A DNA stretch of 64,000 bases, taken from positions 19,902,001 to 19,966,000 of the forward strand of contig NC_082726.1 of the NCBI RefSeq assembly GCF_030144855.1, written 5' to 3'. Position 1 is the stretch's first letter; every line of letters starts with the position of its first letter. Below are positions 52,043 to 64,000 of the stretch, in pieces. Source of the stretch: Hypanus sabinus. Its lineage: Eukaryota. The position numbers and the translations under genes were made by a program. Under the pieces are notes generated by a model. The model searched no databases and was not told the DNA's origin. It was given only the letters and a program-made list of their open reading frames with translations.

Positions 52043-52329
52043 TATATTGTCTAACTATTAGCTCTCAGCTCTTGATGCACAGGGAAAATAGTAAAAAAGG
52101 AATTTACCGAACTTAAACCAGTTCAAACCACCGGTGACCCGAGGTGATCCCTAGGAACACTGTCACATAACTGAGTCACATTTAGAAACTGAAAGGCAGA
52201 GGAGTTCATAATAAGAATTTGGATCTAGTTTCAGAGATGTGGATTCAACCCTGATTTTGCATGCTCTCTGTATGGCGTTTGCACATTTTTTTTGTTGGAC
52301 GAGTTCTCTCCTGTTGCTCCCAGTACAGT

Positions 52330-52612
52330 AAAGGGCAAAACCAGAGGACATTCATTTAAGGTGATTGGTGGAAAGTTTAGGGGAAATGTCAGAGGTAGGT
52401 TTTTTTTAAACACAATGAATGGTAGGTGCTTGGAACACTTTGGTGGTAGAGGTTGAGACAATAGGGACTTTTACAAGTCTCTTAGGCAGATGGATATAGA
52501 AAAGGAAGGCTATGGGCTATGCAGGAAAGGGTTTGACTGATCATGGAACATTTTACATAGGTCAGCACATCATGTGCTAAAGGGCCCCAACTGTGCTGTA
52601 TGATTCTATATT
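52330..52612 (+). mobile_element. CR1 3' end
   Basis: accagaggacattcatttaaggtg...ctgtgctgtatgattctat. Confidence 0.7.
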
Positions 52613-53254
52613 ATTAACATGGAGTTAAGACTGGGATGAATAATACCTTTCTAAATGGATGAAAAAAATTACCTAAAGGCTTTCCTCGCCTGCTATCATT
52701 TCCATGATATTTGAGTGAATTAAGATCATGTCAAGTTTGACTGTTACTATAAAAAATATCAGAACAGTCATCATTTTCATAAAGAAAAAGAAAAAAAGAA
52801 ACTAGAAATGCTGGAAAATTGAAATTAAAAAAACCGAAAATACTGAATGGACCAGGCTGCAGAAATGGACCTGGTGAATGGTCTTCATTCTGAAACATCG
52901 ATTTTGTTCCTGTCTCTTCACAATTGCTGTTTGACCCACTGAGTAGTTTCTGCTCTTACTAGTCTAAAGAAACCTGACCTTTGTCAGGAGATAGCAGTCA
53001 TCTCAAGGTCATTGGCAGGAGTGACATTTAACGTCAAATCAAAAGAAAATCTTCACAACTGAGCTGTACTTCGCAGTAAATATTAGAGCTGTTAATATAG
53101 AGGTGTTATTATGTGTGCTTAATAAAGAACTTCAATTCCCAGTGGGCAATGCAAGTGGTTCACCCGGAACTGGAAGCTACAGTGGTGACCTGGTTGCATG
53201 TGCACAGGGTTTGTGCAGTTCAGTAATAAAATGTTTCTTCCTTTATTGGAGTGC

Positions 53255-53497
53255 AGTCTGGAGTAGGCTCTTTGAGCCACTACTATCCAGCAACCCCTCC
53301 CCTAATTACAGGACGATCTACAACGGCCAATTAACCTACCAACCTGTACGGCTTTGGACTGCGGGTGGAACCTGGAGCACCCGGAGGAAACCCACACAGT
53401 CACAGGGACAATTTCCAATCTCTACAGACAGTGGCGGGAATTGAACCCAGGTCACTGGTACTGTGAAGTGTTGTGCCAACCACTATGCTACCATGCG
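53255..53497 (-). mobile_element. tRNA-derived V-SINE (HE1-like)
   Basis: Minus strand: A box TAGCATAGTGG, B box GGTTCAATTCC, V-domain gggtttcctccgggtgctccagg. Confidence 0.8.
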
Positions 53498-53811
53498 GAT
53501 TTCTAATGTGAACCCATGCCAAGTTTGTCTTTATTAAGAACACATTCTGATTGGCAAATATGAAGAACATCCCACCTAAATGTATAAATTACCTGAAACC
53601 TCAATTGCGTTCCAGCTGGTTATGTGCACTCTGACACCACCTCACAAATAAATCGCATTAAGCTGAGAATCAACTTAAACCCTGTTACATTCCATATACA
53701 TACTGAGTAATCTGATGGAGCACACAGTGGATTGGGTCAGAAATAAGTCCAATTTGTTTTGGAAATGCCCTTCAAACATTCTCCTCTCACCTCAAACTTG
53801 TTCACTTAAAC

Positions 53812-53887
53812 CAGAGGGTTTCAACCTCTTTTTAAATACCCTTAGCATTAACTCAGGGGCCTGTGGACCCCCAGTTTGGGAACCCTG
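53812..53887. mobile_element. ~76-bp hAT-type micro-MITE
   Basis: cagagggtttcaacc ... ttgggaaccctg. Imperfect TSD acttaaac/ccttaaaa. Confidence 0.5.
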
Positions 53888-53949
53888 CCTTAAAACATAT
53901 TTGCCTAGAAAAGATTCTGACTGTACACTACATAAATGCCTCTCATATA

Positions 53950-54741
53950 CAGTGGGCCCTCCTTATCCGCGGGGGATCAGTTCCGGGACCCCCCTGCAGA
54001 TACCAAAAATCACGGATGCTCAAGTCCCTTATTTAACCTGTCTCAGTGCTATGGTCTTTAGGACCCAGCGGAACCCCGGACTTTATTTAACCTGTGTCAG
54101 TGCAGTGGACATTAGGACCTGGCGCAGCTCTGAATCTGCAGTGTTTCTGTTCACGAAAATAATCACCATCACGATTGAAAATAAGGTGGAAGTAATAAAG
54201 CGATCAGAAAGAGGTGAAATGCCATCGGTCATTGGAAAAGTGTTAGGCTACAATCGGTCAACGATCAGAACAATTTTAATGGAGCATGTGAAAGGCCCTG
54301 CCCCGAGGAAAGCTACAATTATTACTAAGCAACACAGTAGTTTAATTATCAAAATACATATGTTTCTTAAATGTTATATGCATAGAAAGGTAAAATATAT
54401 ACTATACACTAAGACAAACGTTTTACTAACTGATGCTAAATAATACCAGGTGTACCTGTTCCGACTTCAAATCCGACTTAAAGATGGACTCAGGAACGGA
54501 ACTCATTCATAACGGANNNNNNNNNNNNNNNNNNNNNNNNNNNNNNNNNNNNNNNNNNNNNNNNNNNNNNNNNNNNNNNNNNNNNNNNNNNNNNNNNNNN
54601 NNNNNNNNNNNNNNNNNNNNNNNNNNNNNNNNNNNNNNNNNNNNNNNNNNNNGTGCTGGAGAGAGAGAACCTCCGGGTTTTCCTGATCTGGGGCTGGTTG
54701 AATCCGCGCATGCGGAAACCGTGGATAAGGAGGGCCGACTG
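53950..54741 (+). mobile_element. pogo/Tigger-type non-autonomous DNA transposon
   Basis: TA|cagtgggccctccttatccgcgg ... ccgtggataaggagggccgactg|TA. CENP-B-like HTH fragment ITIENKVEVIKRSERGE...LGYNRSTIRTIL. Confidence 0.9.
54517..54652. other. Assembly gap (136 N)
   Basis: Run of n. Confidence 1.
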
Positions 54742-55233
54742 TACTCCATTGCTCCAGAGCAGACTGTTCCAGCCTCTTCTTATAGATAATAGTCTCTCAT
54801 TCAAGCAATATCCCAATTAATTCCTTCTGCACCTTCTTCAAAGCCTTCATTATCCCTCCTGCTGTGTGGTGTCCAGATATGCACACAACGTCCCAAATAC
54901 AGCCTAACTAAAGCTTAAAGTTTTTGTTCTAAAATTGTCTAAAGCTACACAGCAGCAATTTCACCCAACTCTGGTGGGTGAAGGGAATGGGCTGAAAAGT
55001 TCCTCATTGGAATATTTTTGATTTTCTTTAAGAGATTTCAGGTGGATTTGATGGCCTCGTATTTGCTTTCCAAAATAATCTTCCTTACCTAATTAAAACA
55101 AAGGTATATTTCATCTGATGGAGGAATGTAAATACAGGGAAGGCCCAGGGGCTACTTCACACCACCCTGTGGATTACTTTTGGATATTTCAAAGAGCTTC
55201 CTGTAACCTGGTTGGGGCAGCTGGGCAACTTAC

Positions 55234-55383
55234 CATTGGCTTGTCGCCAGCGCTCGTTCCTCACGTTGAGTTGCGCGGTATGTCCTGTCGCACAAACTTC
55301 ATCAGTCAGTGCACGGCGCTCCTTCAGGGTGTGCCTAATCTCCATCACCTGCTTGCCAATGATCATCTTGTCCTTCCCCATGT
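55234..55383 (-). CDS. Coding exon ([D]MGKDKMIIGKQVMEIRHTLKERR...WRQAN); contains possible start ATG at 55381
   Basis: Acceptor ttgttctgtaccacag|AC, donor G|gtaagt, 150 bp, phase 1-1. Only one frame is open. Confidence 0.75.
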
Positions 55384-56719
55384 CTGTGGTACAGAACAAT
55401 AAATCTTAGAACTGAGCTGGAGGACCTGCGTGAAATCAGTCATATTTAATTACTCTTAAGTACATCTTTGTCCTTACGAAAGGTTGCAGATTGCATTTCA
55501 GGAACAGCAAAATACAGCATGTACTGGAAACCTGAAATAGGAACAAAGAGTCCTGCAAACTCGGAGCAAACACAGACTGAATAGCTTGATAACCTTTATC
55601 AGAAGCAACGTTAATTATTCCCTTTTCCGTCATAGCTTCCAGACATGCTTTCTTGCACTTTGGCTGATTAATTTATTTCTTATTCATCCATTAACTTCCA
55701 AACCCCAAGTCCACTTTCTGACAGATTTCATAGTTAGGAAGTGTTGGTAGTAAAAGATTATATGGAATTTTAGATTGGGAAACCCAAACATTTTAGGTCC
55801 ATGAGCGGTTTAATTATATCATACTGCCATCATTTTCCATTCCTAGTTGTCTAGTTAAGAAGGCATTGTTATAATAAAATTTTAAAAAAACTGCAGATGC
55901 TGGAAATGTAAAATGAAAAACAAAAATAACTACTTGAAACAGAAGGTCAAGTTGTATTTAATAGAAGAGAAACAGAGTTAGTGTTTCAGAGCACAGACCT
56001 TCATCCAAATTGGGGAGGAGAGAAAGGCGGTGCACATCTCTGATGGCGAAGGGGGTAAGCTCTAGAAAAGACTCTCCAGGTAATGACTGATTGGGAACAG
56101 TTAAGAGAGTGAAAATATGCACAAAAGAACTAGACAAAGGACTATAGGAGTTGCAAAATGCAGAATAGAAAGACTTGTTGGGCATGTCCATCACCTCCAG
56201 TGACAATAAAAAGGAACAAAAAGGGAAGAAAACAATGCCTTAGCTAGTTTAAAAGAAAAGACCATTCTCCCATGCATTTCAGTCAAAGCACTGATGAGGG
56301 CTTGGAATTCAGGGTGGACCAAAAGACTTGTGTCTGTGCTATACAACTCAATGACCTTCAGAGTTTGTTGTACATACACTGGCTGCTACCTTTCCTCTAC
56401 TATAATAGTGTGTTCACCTCAGAAGTTCTTCAAGGTTGTCTAGCATTCTGGGACATTCTGAAGTCACGAATGATGCTAAATGCATCTTTCCAGCGACACA
56501 GATATAAACCTCACCACAATAGCAAAGCAACTTCAATTCAAGTGAGTAAATAAAACTGGAATAAAGAGCTCTTAGCATAATTGGGAATATGAAATTTGTG
56601 AAAACTCGCCTGATTCTTTATCTTTCAGGAAGGAGTTTTGATGTCCCTGTGTAGTCTAGCCTGAATAGGGCTCCAATAACTACCTCTGTCATGACCATGT
56701 GTCCTTGATTTAACATTTA

Positions 56720-56970
56720 TTTATTGGACACAGAATAGGTCCTTTCAGCCCTTCAAGGCAAGCTGCCTATTTGATCCCAGCCTAATCCCCTGATTTAATC
56801 CCAGCCTAATTACAATGACCAATAACAATTAACCAATTTACAATGACCAATTAACCTACCAACAGGTAGGGCTTTGGACTGTGGGAGGAAACAGGAGCAC
56901 CCAGAGGAAACCCACATGGTCACAGGAAGAACATACAAACTCTTTATAAGCAGTGACAGGAATCTACTCT
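56720..56970 (-). mobile_element. V-SINE (HE1-like), partial
   Basis: ttggactgtgggaggaaacaggagcacccagaggaaaccc. Confidence 0.7.
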
Positions 56971-57073
56971 TAGAGGAAGAATTTAGGGACAGGCTATAAA
57001 TGCTAGCCCTATCAGTAACACACACAGTGAGAATGAATACAGGTAGTCTTAACTCAGAAAATACAGTAAATAC

Positions 57074-57145
57074 CTTGTCCATAATCATTCCTACAGTTCT
57101 GATCAAAAAGCTCTAGCACCTGGGCCTCTGTACCTCTCTCAGCAA
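57074..57145 (-). CDS. Candidate coding exon (AERGTEAQVLELFDQNCRNDYGQ)
   Basis: Acceptor tgtttcag|TT, donor AAG|gtattt, 72 bp, phase 1-1. The single open frame matches the next exon. Confidence 0.55.
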
Positions 57146-57157
57146 CTGAAACATATG

Positions 57158-57530
57158 ATTATTAAGGGATTGGACACGCTGGAGGCAGGAAGGAAGCATG
57201 TTCCCGCTGATGGATGAGTCCAGAACTAGAGGCCACAGTTTAAGAATAAGGGGTAGGCCATTTAGAACAGAGATGTGGAAGAACTTTTTCACCCAGAGAG
57301 TGGTGGATATGTGGAATGCTCTGCCCCAGAAGGCAGTGGAGGTCAAGTCTCTGGATGCACTCAAGAGAGAGTTAGATAGAGCTCTTATAGATAGCAGGGT
57401 CAAGGGATATGGGGAGAGGGCAGGAACAGGGTACTGATTGTGTGTGATCAGCCATGATCACAGTGAATGGGGGTGCTGGCTAGAAGGGCCGAATGGCCTA
57501 CTCCTGCCCCGACTGTCTATTGTCTATTGA
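57158..57530 (+). mobile_element. CR1 3' end
   Basis: ORF MFPLMDESRTRGHSLRIRG...GERAGTGY and (GTCTATT) tail. Confidence 0.9.
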
Positions 57531-58363
57531 ATCCTCGACTTCCTAACCAGAAGACCACAATCTGTGTAGATTGGAAATAACATCTTCACCTCCCGGATAA
57601 TCAACAGGCACAGCTTAAATGCCATCCATAAATTTGCTGGCAATGCAACTGCTGGCACAATTTCAGTTGGCAATGATAGAGTGTACAAGAGCGAGATATA
57701 TCAGCTGGTCGAGTGACGTCATAGCAACAACCTTGTACTTAATATCAGTAGACCAAAGAACCGTTTGTTGGCTTCAGAAAGGATAAGATGAAGGAACCCA
57801 AACCATAGAGGGATCAGAAATGGAAAGAGCAAGCAATTTCAAGTTCCTGGGTGTCAGTATCTCTGAAGATCTAACCTGGACTCAACGTATTAATGCAGTT
57901 ACAAAGAAGGCACGACAGCGGCTATATTTCCTTAGGAATTTGAGGAAGTTTGGTATGTCATCTAACACACTCGCAAACTTATACAGATGTACTGTGGAGA
58001 GCACTCTAGCTGGCTTCATCTTGTATGTGGGTGGTGAGGGCCTACTGCACAGGATCACAGTGAGCTGCAGAGAGTTGTAACCTTAGCCAGCTCCATCACG
58101 GGCACTAGCCTCTGCAGTGTCCAGGACACTTTCAAGGAGCGACACCTCAAAAAGGCTACATCCATCATTAAGGACTCCCATCATCCAGGACATGCCCTCT
58201 TCTCATTGCTGCCATCAAGAAAGAGTTACAGAAGCCTAAAGGCACGATGATTCTGGAACAACTTCTTCTACTCTGCTATCTGATTTCTCAATGGTCACTG
58301 AATCCATGGACATTACTTCATGACTTTTTAAAAATTTCTGTTTTTGCACTACTTATTTAATTT

Positions 58364-58399
<36 letters not shown>

Positions 58400-58503
58400 G
58401 TAATTCAAGTTTTTTCTATTATTATGCATTGCACTGCACTGCTGTCACAAAGACAACAAATTTCATGACATATGCCAGTGATATTAAATCTGATCCTGAT
58501 TCT
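57531..58503 (+). mobile_element. Rex1/Babar-type LINE 3' fragment
   Basis: ERASNFKFLGVSISEDLTW...KKARQRLYFLR...YRCTVES and tctgattct tail. Includes (CA)n at ~58369-58398. Confidence 0.8.
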
Positions 58504-58832
58504 AAGAGACCCCTCCAAAGAAACTTACAAACACCTGGAGGTTGACACCTTTACAGTAACCTTCCTAATAAAAGAGCACACTTTTACAACAGTTCCCATG
58601 ATGATCATTACTGCAGATAATTAATGGATCTTTGTTTTTTTTTTCCCAACGTATGTTTTTCTATGATGTCTTCTCATCGCTTCCTGACCACTAGTCAACA
58701 AAACCAGGTCTTTTGCTTGCCAACATCACTATATGCTTTTAGGAAGTCCAGTATTCCTTCCTGTTTAAAGTATTGATGAGATGGGGAGACACTCTAGCTT
58801 TGAAATTCAAGTGTATCTCAAACAATACTAAC

Positions 58833-59007
58833 CCACTGCAAAAATCTCTGTTCTGTCTATGTCACTTGGTCCTCCAGGTACAACAGTTCAGCCAAAAGCT
58901 TAGAAGGACCCCAAGGATGAGTATTGGGGCTTTGGACTGGAGACTCAATGACAATTTGATAGTCTTATTATGGATAAATGGGGAAAAGAATCCAGCCGAG
59001 ACAGAAC
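58833..59007 (-). pseudogene. Candidate exon of the minus-strand gene with in-frame stops (disabled, or UTR)
   Basis: Acceptor ttaccacacag|GTT, donor TGG|gttagt. The 175-bp length gives phase 0-1, fitting both neighbours, but every frame has at least one stop. Confidence 0.4.
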
Positions 59008-59857
59008 CTGTGTGGTAACAGTAGCAGGGGCGTTGAAGCCCTGCATTTTGTGAAAGTGAAGACCATTGGGAAGCTGACTAGCACTGGAATGCTGATGGGG
59101 GGGGGGGGAGGGGATAGGGATAATCTGTGAATAACATCCCAGCAGCTGCACATTTGGAGAAGGCCGGCCATCATTCAAAGGTGAAGGAAAATATCGTAGG
59201 GAGGAATCAGAAGACTGGGTGCACTTGGGGGAGTTGGTGTGGTGCAGTGAAGATACATGAGCATCAGGACAGGAAGTCCAATGATGAGGTACGTAGGTGT
59301 ACAGGATGGCACAAAAATGAAGTGGAGTATTTTACTTAGAGCTAACTGTACAGTTATCCTAGCTGTACCCGATGACTGATAACCATAGAGCAACACGGTC
59401 CAAGTTCCCCAAAATGTTGCATGGGGAATGATGTCACTTCATGTGGCTCTGATGTGGAAACTGCATTGTGGTTGCAAGACAGGAATTGCTTGGTTGAATT
59501 TTCCAAGTGTCATAAAGAGACTCTGAAATAGTCATAATCATGCTTTACGTATTGCATCATTTCTAAATAAATATTAGCAATTGAAGCAACAAGTCACAAT
59601 GTTTAAATCAGTCTAAATCAGAAATAAAATCTTGGTTTAATAGATAGTGACCCAGGTTCAATCAACCAAATTATCCAGTGCTGTTTACATGACAGAGGAA
59701 AACCAACACTGTTAGTCCAGCACAAAGACCATTGTTTGGAGAGGAACTAACCACGATAATGGAACATTCAACGTTCACAGAGCAGCAGTGCAGGGTAATT
59801 CAAAGTCTTTAATGTGTGCTGCTGGCTATTTTCTGAAGCACAAATGCAACAACTTAC

Positions 59858-59949
59858 TTCAAATAATTTCCAGTAGACTCTGTCCTTTTTAATCCCTGGC
59901 AGCTTGTCAAATCCCATGAGCAAAAGCTCATTAATCAGTACGCCTGGTT
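59858..59949 (-). CDS. Candidate upstream exon (PGVLINELLLMGFDKLPGIKKDRVYWKLFE)
   Basis: Strong donor GAA|gtaagt, weak acceptor tttaaatag|AA, 92 bp, phase 1-0, open. Confidence 0.45.
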
Positions 59950-60491
59950 CTATTTAAACCCTCAGAGCCTTTGATCTTGATCAGCAGTCAAAAAGCTATA
60001 AGCACTTTTCCATATTTCTATCCTGCATCAAGCTGTTGGTCCAGTGCAGAGGCAGCTGTCAATGAGCACGAGGTCAAGAGAATCAAGTTTCCTCTATCGG
60101 AAAGCTGTGATAATTTCAGGCAAATTAGGTCATTGCTTACGCAGGTAACAGCTTGCGTGGATCCAGCCACAAAGGGGAGTATGATTACTAGGCAGAATTT
60201 TTTAAATGGTAAGATTATCAGCCAGGCTGAGATGGCTGATGTTGATCAACAATTCCGAGCATCACTGAAAAAGTGGTTTGAATTTGCTCAAGTAATTTTT
60301 TTTCCTCTATCCTACAACCGCACCAAATTTTTACCAATGGATTAAGGGTTCTATAAATTTTAATAATAAAAATATAATAGATAGGTGTACAGCACTGAAG
60401 CGAGGTGTTACATTGGGCATTGCATTTTCCAGATTAGATGTTACACATGAGGTATCCCCTCCAAGACATGTATAAAAATGTATACCAGGAA

Positions 60492-61328
60492 CTTCAAAGT
60501 AAATTTATTATCAAAGTACATATACGTCACCATTTACAACCGTGAGGTTCATTTTCTTGTGGGCATATTCAATAAATCCAATAACCATAACATAATCAAT
60601 AAAAGACTACACTAAAAGGGTGGACAACCAGTTTGCAAAAGACAACAAACTATGTAAATACAAAAATAATAAAAATAAATATGTAATTAATATTGATAAT
60701 ATGAGATGAAGAGTCCTTGAAAGTGAGTCTATGTCCACAGTTTGGTGATGGGGAAAGTGAAATGAATGAAATTATCCCCTTTGTTCATGAGCCTGATGGT
60801 CGAGGGCTAATAACTGTTCCTGGACCTGGTGGTCCGAGTCCTAAGGCTCCTGTACCTTCTTCCTGATGGCAGAGGTGAGAAGAGAACATGAGAAGTGGGC
60901 CACTGGTGGGGGTCCCTAATGATGGATGCTGGTTTCCTGCAATAACACCCCGTATAGATGTGCTCAATGTTGGACAGTGCTTAGCCCATGATGGATTGGG
61001 TCGTATCCACTACTTTTTGTAGGGTTTTCTGTCCAAAGGCTTTGGTGTTTCCATACCAAGCTGTGATGCAGCCAGTCAACATACTCTTCACCACACATCT
61101 ATAAAAGTTTGTCAAGCTTTTAAATGACATGCAGAATCTTCACAAGCTCCTAAGGAAGTAGAGGCACTGTTGTGCTTTCTTTGTAATTGCACTTAAGTGC
61201 TGGGCCCAGGACAGGTCTTCTGAAATGATAACACCAAGGATTTCAAAGTTGCTGAGACTCTCCACCTCTGATCTCTTGATGAGGTCTGGCTCATGGACCT
61301 CTGCTTTCCTTCTTCTGAAGTCAATAAT
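60492..61328 (-). mobile_element. Rex1/Babar-type LINE 3' fragment
   Basis: IIDFRRRK...LGVIISEDLSWAQH...KKAQQCLYFLRSL plus the shared tail. Confidence 0.8.
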
Positions 61329-61662
61329 CTTATCATCAGCCCAGTCTGGTTCCCCCAAACACAGCTTTCAAACAGATGATTTGGATCATTATCTCATTGT
61401 TGTCTGTGTATAAATAGCTAAGGTTCCTTCATTATATCTACACTCCAAAAATTCCTAATTGGTCTGAAGTTCTGTGGATGCCTCAAGATTGTGAATGAGA
61501 TGATATGAATGGAAACTCCTCAATGATCAAGAATTATATTGTGCTATTATTTGCAACTAAGAAGTTAACAATTATCATTATAGTCCGCAGTGGAAAACTG
61601 TGGACTGTGAAGGGCACCACCTTATTTCCACTTGCATTGCAGCCTATGCTTGTTCTCTGGGA

Positions 61663-62141
61663 GTACCCAATAAAGTGGCCATTGAGTGCATGTTCGTGGT
61701 CTTCTGCTGCTGTAGCCCATCCACTTCACGGTTTGACGTGATGCATCCAGAGATGCTCTTCTGCACGTCACTGTTGTAACGGATGGTTATTTGAGTTGCT
61801 GCTGCCTTCCTGTCACCTTGAGCCAGCCTGGCCATTGTCCTCTGAACTCTCTCATTAACAATGCACTTTTGCTCTCAGAAACGCCACTCATTGGATGTTC
61901 TTTTGTTTTTCACACCATTCTCTGTAAACGCTAATCTATAAACTGTAATCCCAGGGGATCAGCGGTTTCTGAGATACTGAAACTGCCCTGTCTGGCACCA
62001 ACAATCATTCCACAGTCAAAGTCACTCACATCACATCTATTCCCTCATCCTAATGTTTGGGCTGAAACGTTTGACCATGCAGTTGGCTGATTAAATATTT
62101 GCATTAATGAGCAGGTGTACCGAATTAAGTGCTACTGAGTG
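61663..62141 (-). mobile_element. Non-autonomous Tc1-like transposon
   Basis: Third copy of the 13880-14464 family. Ends actgagtg|TA. Confidence 0.75.
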
Positions 62142-62299
62142 TAGTTACAATTCTTCCATTACTTTAAGTGCTTGTAATGTGTGAGGGAAAGAAGCATCAC
62201 ATCTCAGGGGTAACAAGGAACATTGACACCACCCAAACATAAACATATCCTAAAATGTCCTACAACCATTAACACACATCAATTAATAATACACAGAAC

Positions 62300-62600
62300 G
62301 AAAGATTAGCTTTATTCGTCACGTGGTCATCAAAACATACAGTGAAATGTGTCCTTTGCATCAAATCAAATCAGTGAGGATTGTTCTGGGCAGCTGCAAA
62401 ATGTTCCCATGCTTCTGACACCGACAAAGCATGCCCACAACTTACGACCTACCTCTATTCATACATCTTTAGACTGTGGGAGAAAAGCGGAGCACCCAGA
62501 GGAAACCCGTGTGGTCATGGGGAGAGACACAAACTCCTTAGGCAAGCAGCAGGAATCGAACAGCTGGCACTAAAAAGCAATTGCGATGCTGATGCATCAC
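62300..62600 (-). mobile_element. V-SINE (HE1-like)
   Basis: gactgtgggagaaaagcggagcacccagaggaaacccg. Similar to 36378-36650. Confidence 0.65.
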
Positions 62601-63314
62601 CAGCAGTGTATTTGTACTCCAGGGAGTGCGAAGCGCAGAATCAGTTATCACTGTGATGATTGTATGCTCTAGTATCAATTGTTTGGCAACAATAAAGTAA
62701 TAAAATAATCAAGTAATCAGGTGACTCCTATTCCCATTAATAAATACAATAAAATCTTTAAATACCTAAAGGGAAAATTAAATTAACAAACAATTATTGA
62801 ATATATTGAAATTTATAAGTAGAAATAGTTTTGAAATTACAAGGTCTAGCTGTAACTCTCTCTTAAGAGTGGCACAGAGCAGGGAGCCACTTGACATGTA
62901 ATCTGGAAAATGATCACTGTATTCATACAATGAATGGTTTTGCAATTTGTTTTGATGCATTGCCTTAGATAGATAGTTCGAAAAAAATTGCGACCGGCCT
63001 TGAGGCCAAGTCTCTGAGCACCTCTGCCTGATATCTTTTCGTGGTTCATGCACAAGGAGACCTAGATCTCTCTGTACTCCATTCATCTGCAATTTCTCCA
63101 TTTAGATAATAGACTGCTTTTAGATTTATCTTGCCCTAGTGTGTAACCTCATACTTTCTCATATTAAACTCATTTTGCCAAGTTTCTGCCTACTTTCTCA
63201 ACTTATTCATTTGCAGAGTTCTATCCTCATTCCAACATACCCTGTGCCATTGACATACCTGGGATACCTGTCACTATGCCTCCTCCTCCGGTTCATGAAT
63301 ACAAATTGTAAATG

Positions 63315-63785
63315 GTTAAGGGCCAAGAACTTGAAGATCTCATTAAATTCCTGGGCATTAGCATCTTGGATGACCTGACCTGGGCTCTGCACATAGATGC
63401 GGTTACAATGAAGGCATGCCAGTACCTCTATTTCCACAGAAGCTCAAGGAGATTTGGCATGTCACTATCTTCTACAGATGCACTGTTAAAGTATCCTGAC
63501 TGGTTGTATTATGGTCTTGTACTGCAATTCCAATGTATCGGATTGCAAAAGGCTGCAGAGAATAGTGGAAACACCCAGTCCATGACAGGTATAGCCCTCC
63601 CCACCAATGACAGCAACCATAGGAAACATGAAGGCAGCATCTATCATCAAGGATTCCCACCTTCCAGGTTAAGCACTCTCTTTCACTGCTACCATCCGGC
63701 AGAAGGTACAGAAGCCATATGTCCCACACTACTGGATTCAGAAATGGCTTCTTCCTTACAAACATCAAGTTCTTGAAATGACCTG
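63315..63785 (+). mobile_element. Rex1/Babar-type LINE fragment
   Basis: IKFLGISILDDLTWALHIDAVTMKACQYLYF. Confidence 0.7.
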
Positions 63786-64000
63786 CATAACTCCAATCTT
63801 GCCTCAGCAATAGAACAGCACCAACATCCTCATCAAAGATCAAAGTAAATTTATTTTCAAAGTGTGTGTGTGTATAATCAATATATATATATAATTCCTC
63901 CATATACCTGTCGAGTAGTCTTTTAAATTTCATCAGTGTATCTGCCTCCAACACTGACTCAGGCAGTGCATTCTACGCACCAACCATTCTCTGAGTAAAA

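Noticed and set aside
53420-53497. tRNA gene
   Set aside because: The A and B boxes belong to the tRNA-derived head of a V-SINE and continue into the V-domain.
53715-54443. 242-aa ORF as a domesticated CENP-B/TIGD gene
   Set aside because: Chance read-through across a micro-MITE and a TIR into a short HTH fragment. There is no DDE domain, and TIRs and TA TSD are intact.
59971-60345. 124-aa plus-strand ORF as a gene
   Set aside because: Non-ATG start, no recognisable motif and no plus-strand exon chain. The supported exons nearby are on the minus strand.

Overview
This is repeat-rich vertebrate DNA, not prokaryotic. It is most likely from a cartilaginous fish (shark or ray), inferred from HE1/V-SINE-type SINEs and the mix of CR1, Rex1/Babar and Penelope elements. 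Most of the window is transposable elements: CR1 LINEs (one young copy at ~47.2-48.9 kb), Rex1/Babar LINE 3' fragments, Penelope-like elements (PLEs), Buster-type hAT elements with perfect 8-bp TSDs, Tc1 and pogo/Tigger derivatives, a solo LTR, V-SINEs and RTE-derived short elements. Two things stand out. (1) A spliced minus-strand gene at ~43.6-59.9 kb, rebuilt by hand from seven phase-compatible GT-AG exons. The last four give an open 253-aa frame from ATG 55381 that weakly resembles the INTS4/SIEL C-terminal Ig-like region, and one upstream exon carries in-frame stops. (2) Many short PLE-derived inserts carrying a minimal type I hammerhead ribozyme motif, including a TSD-flanked 91-bp tandem dimer (retrozyme-like) and inverted twin-priming-like insertions. 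There is an assembly gap at 54517-54652. Boundaries of old repeats are approximate. All family assignments come from recognising motifs, not from database searches.
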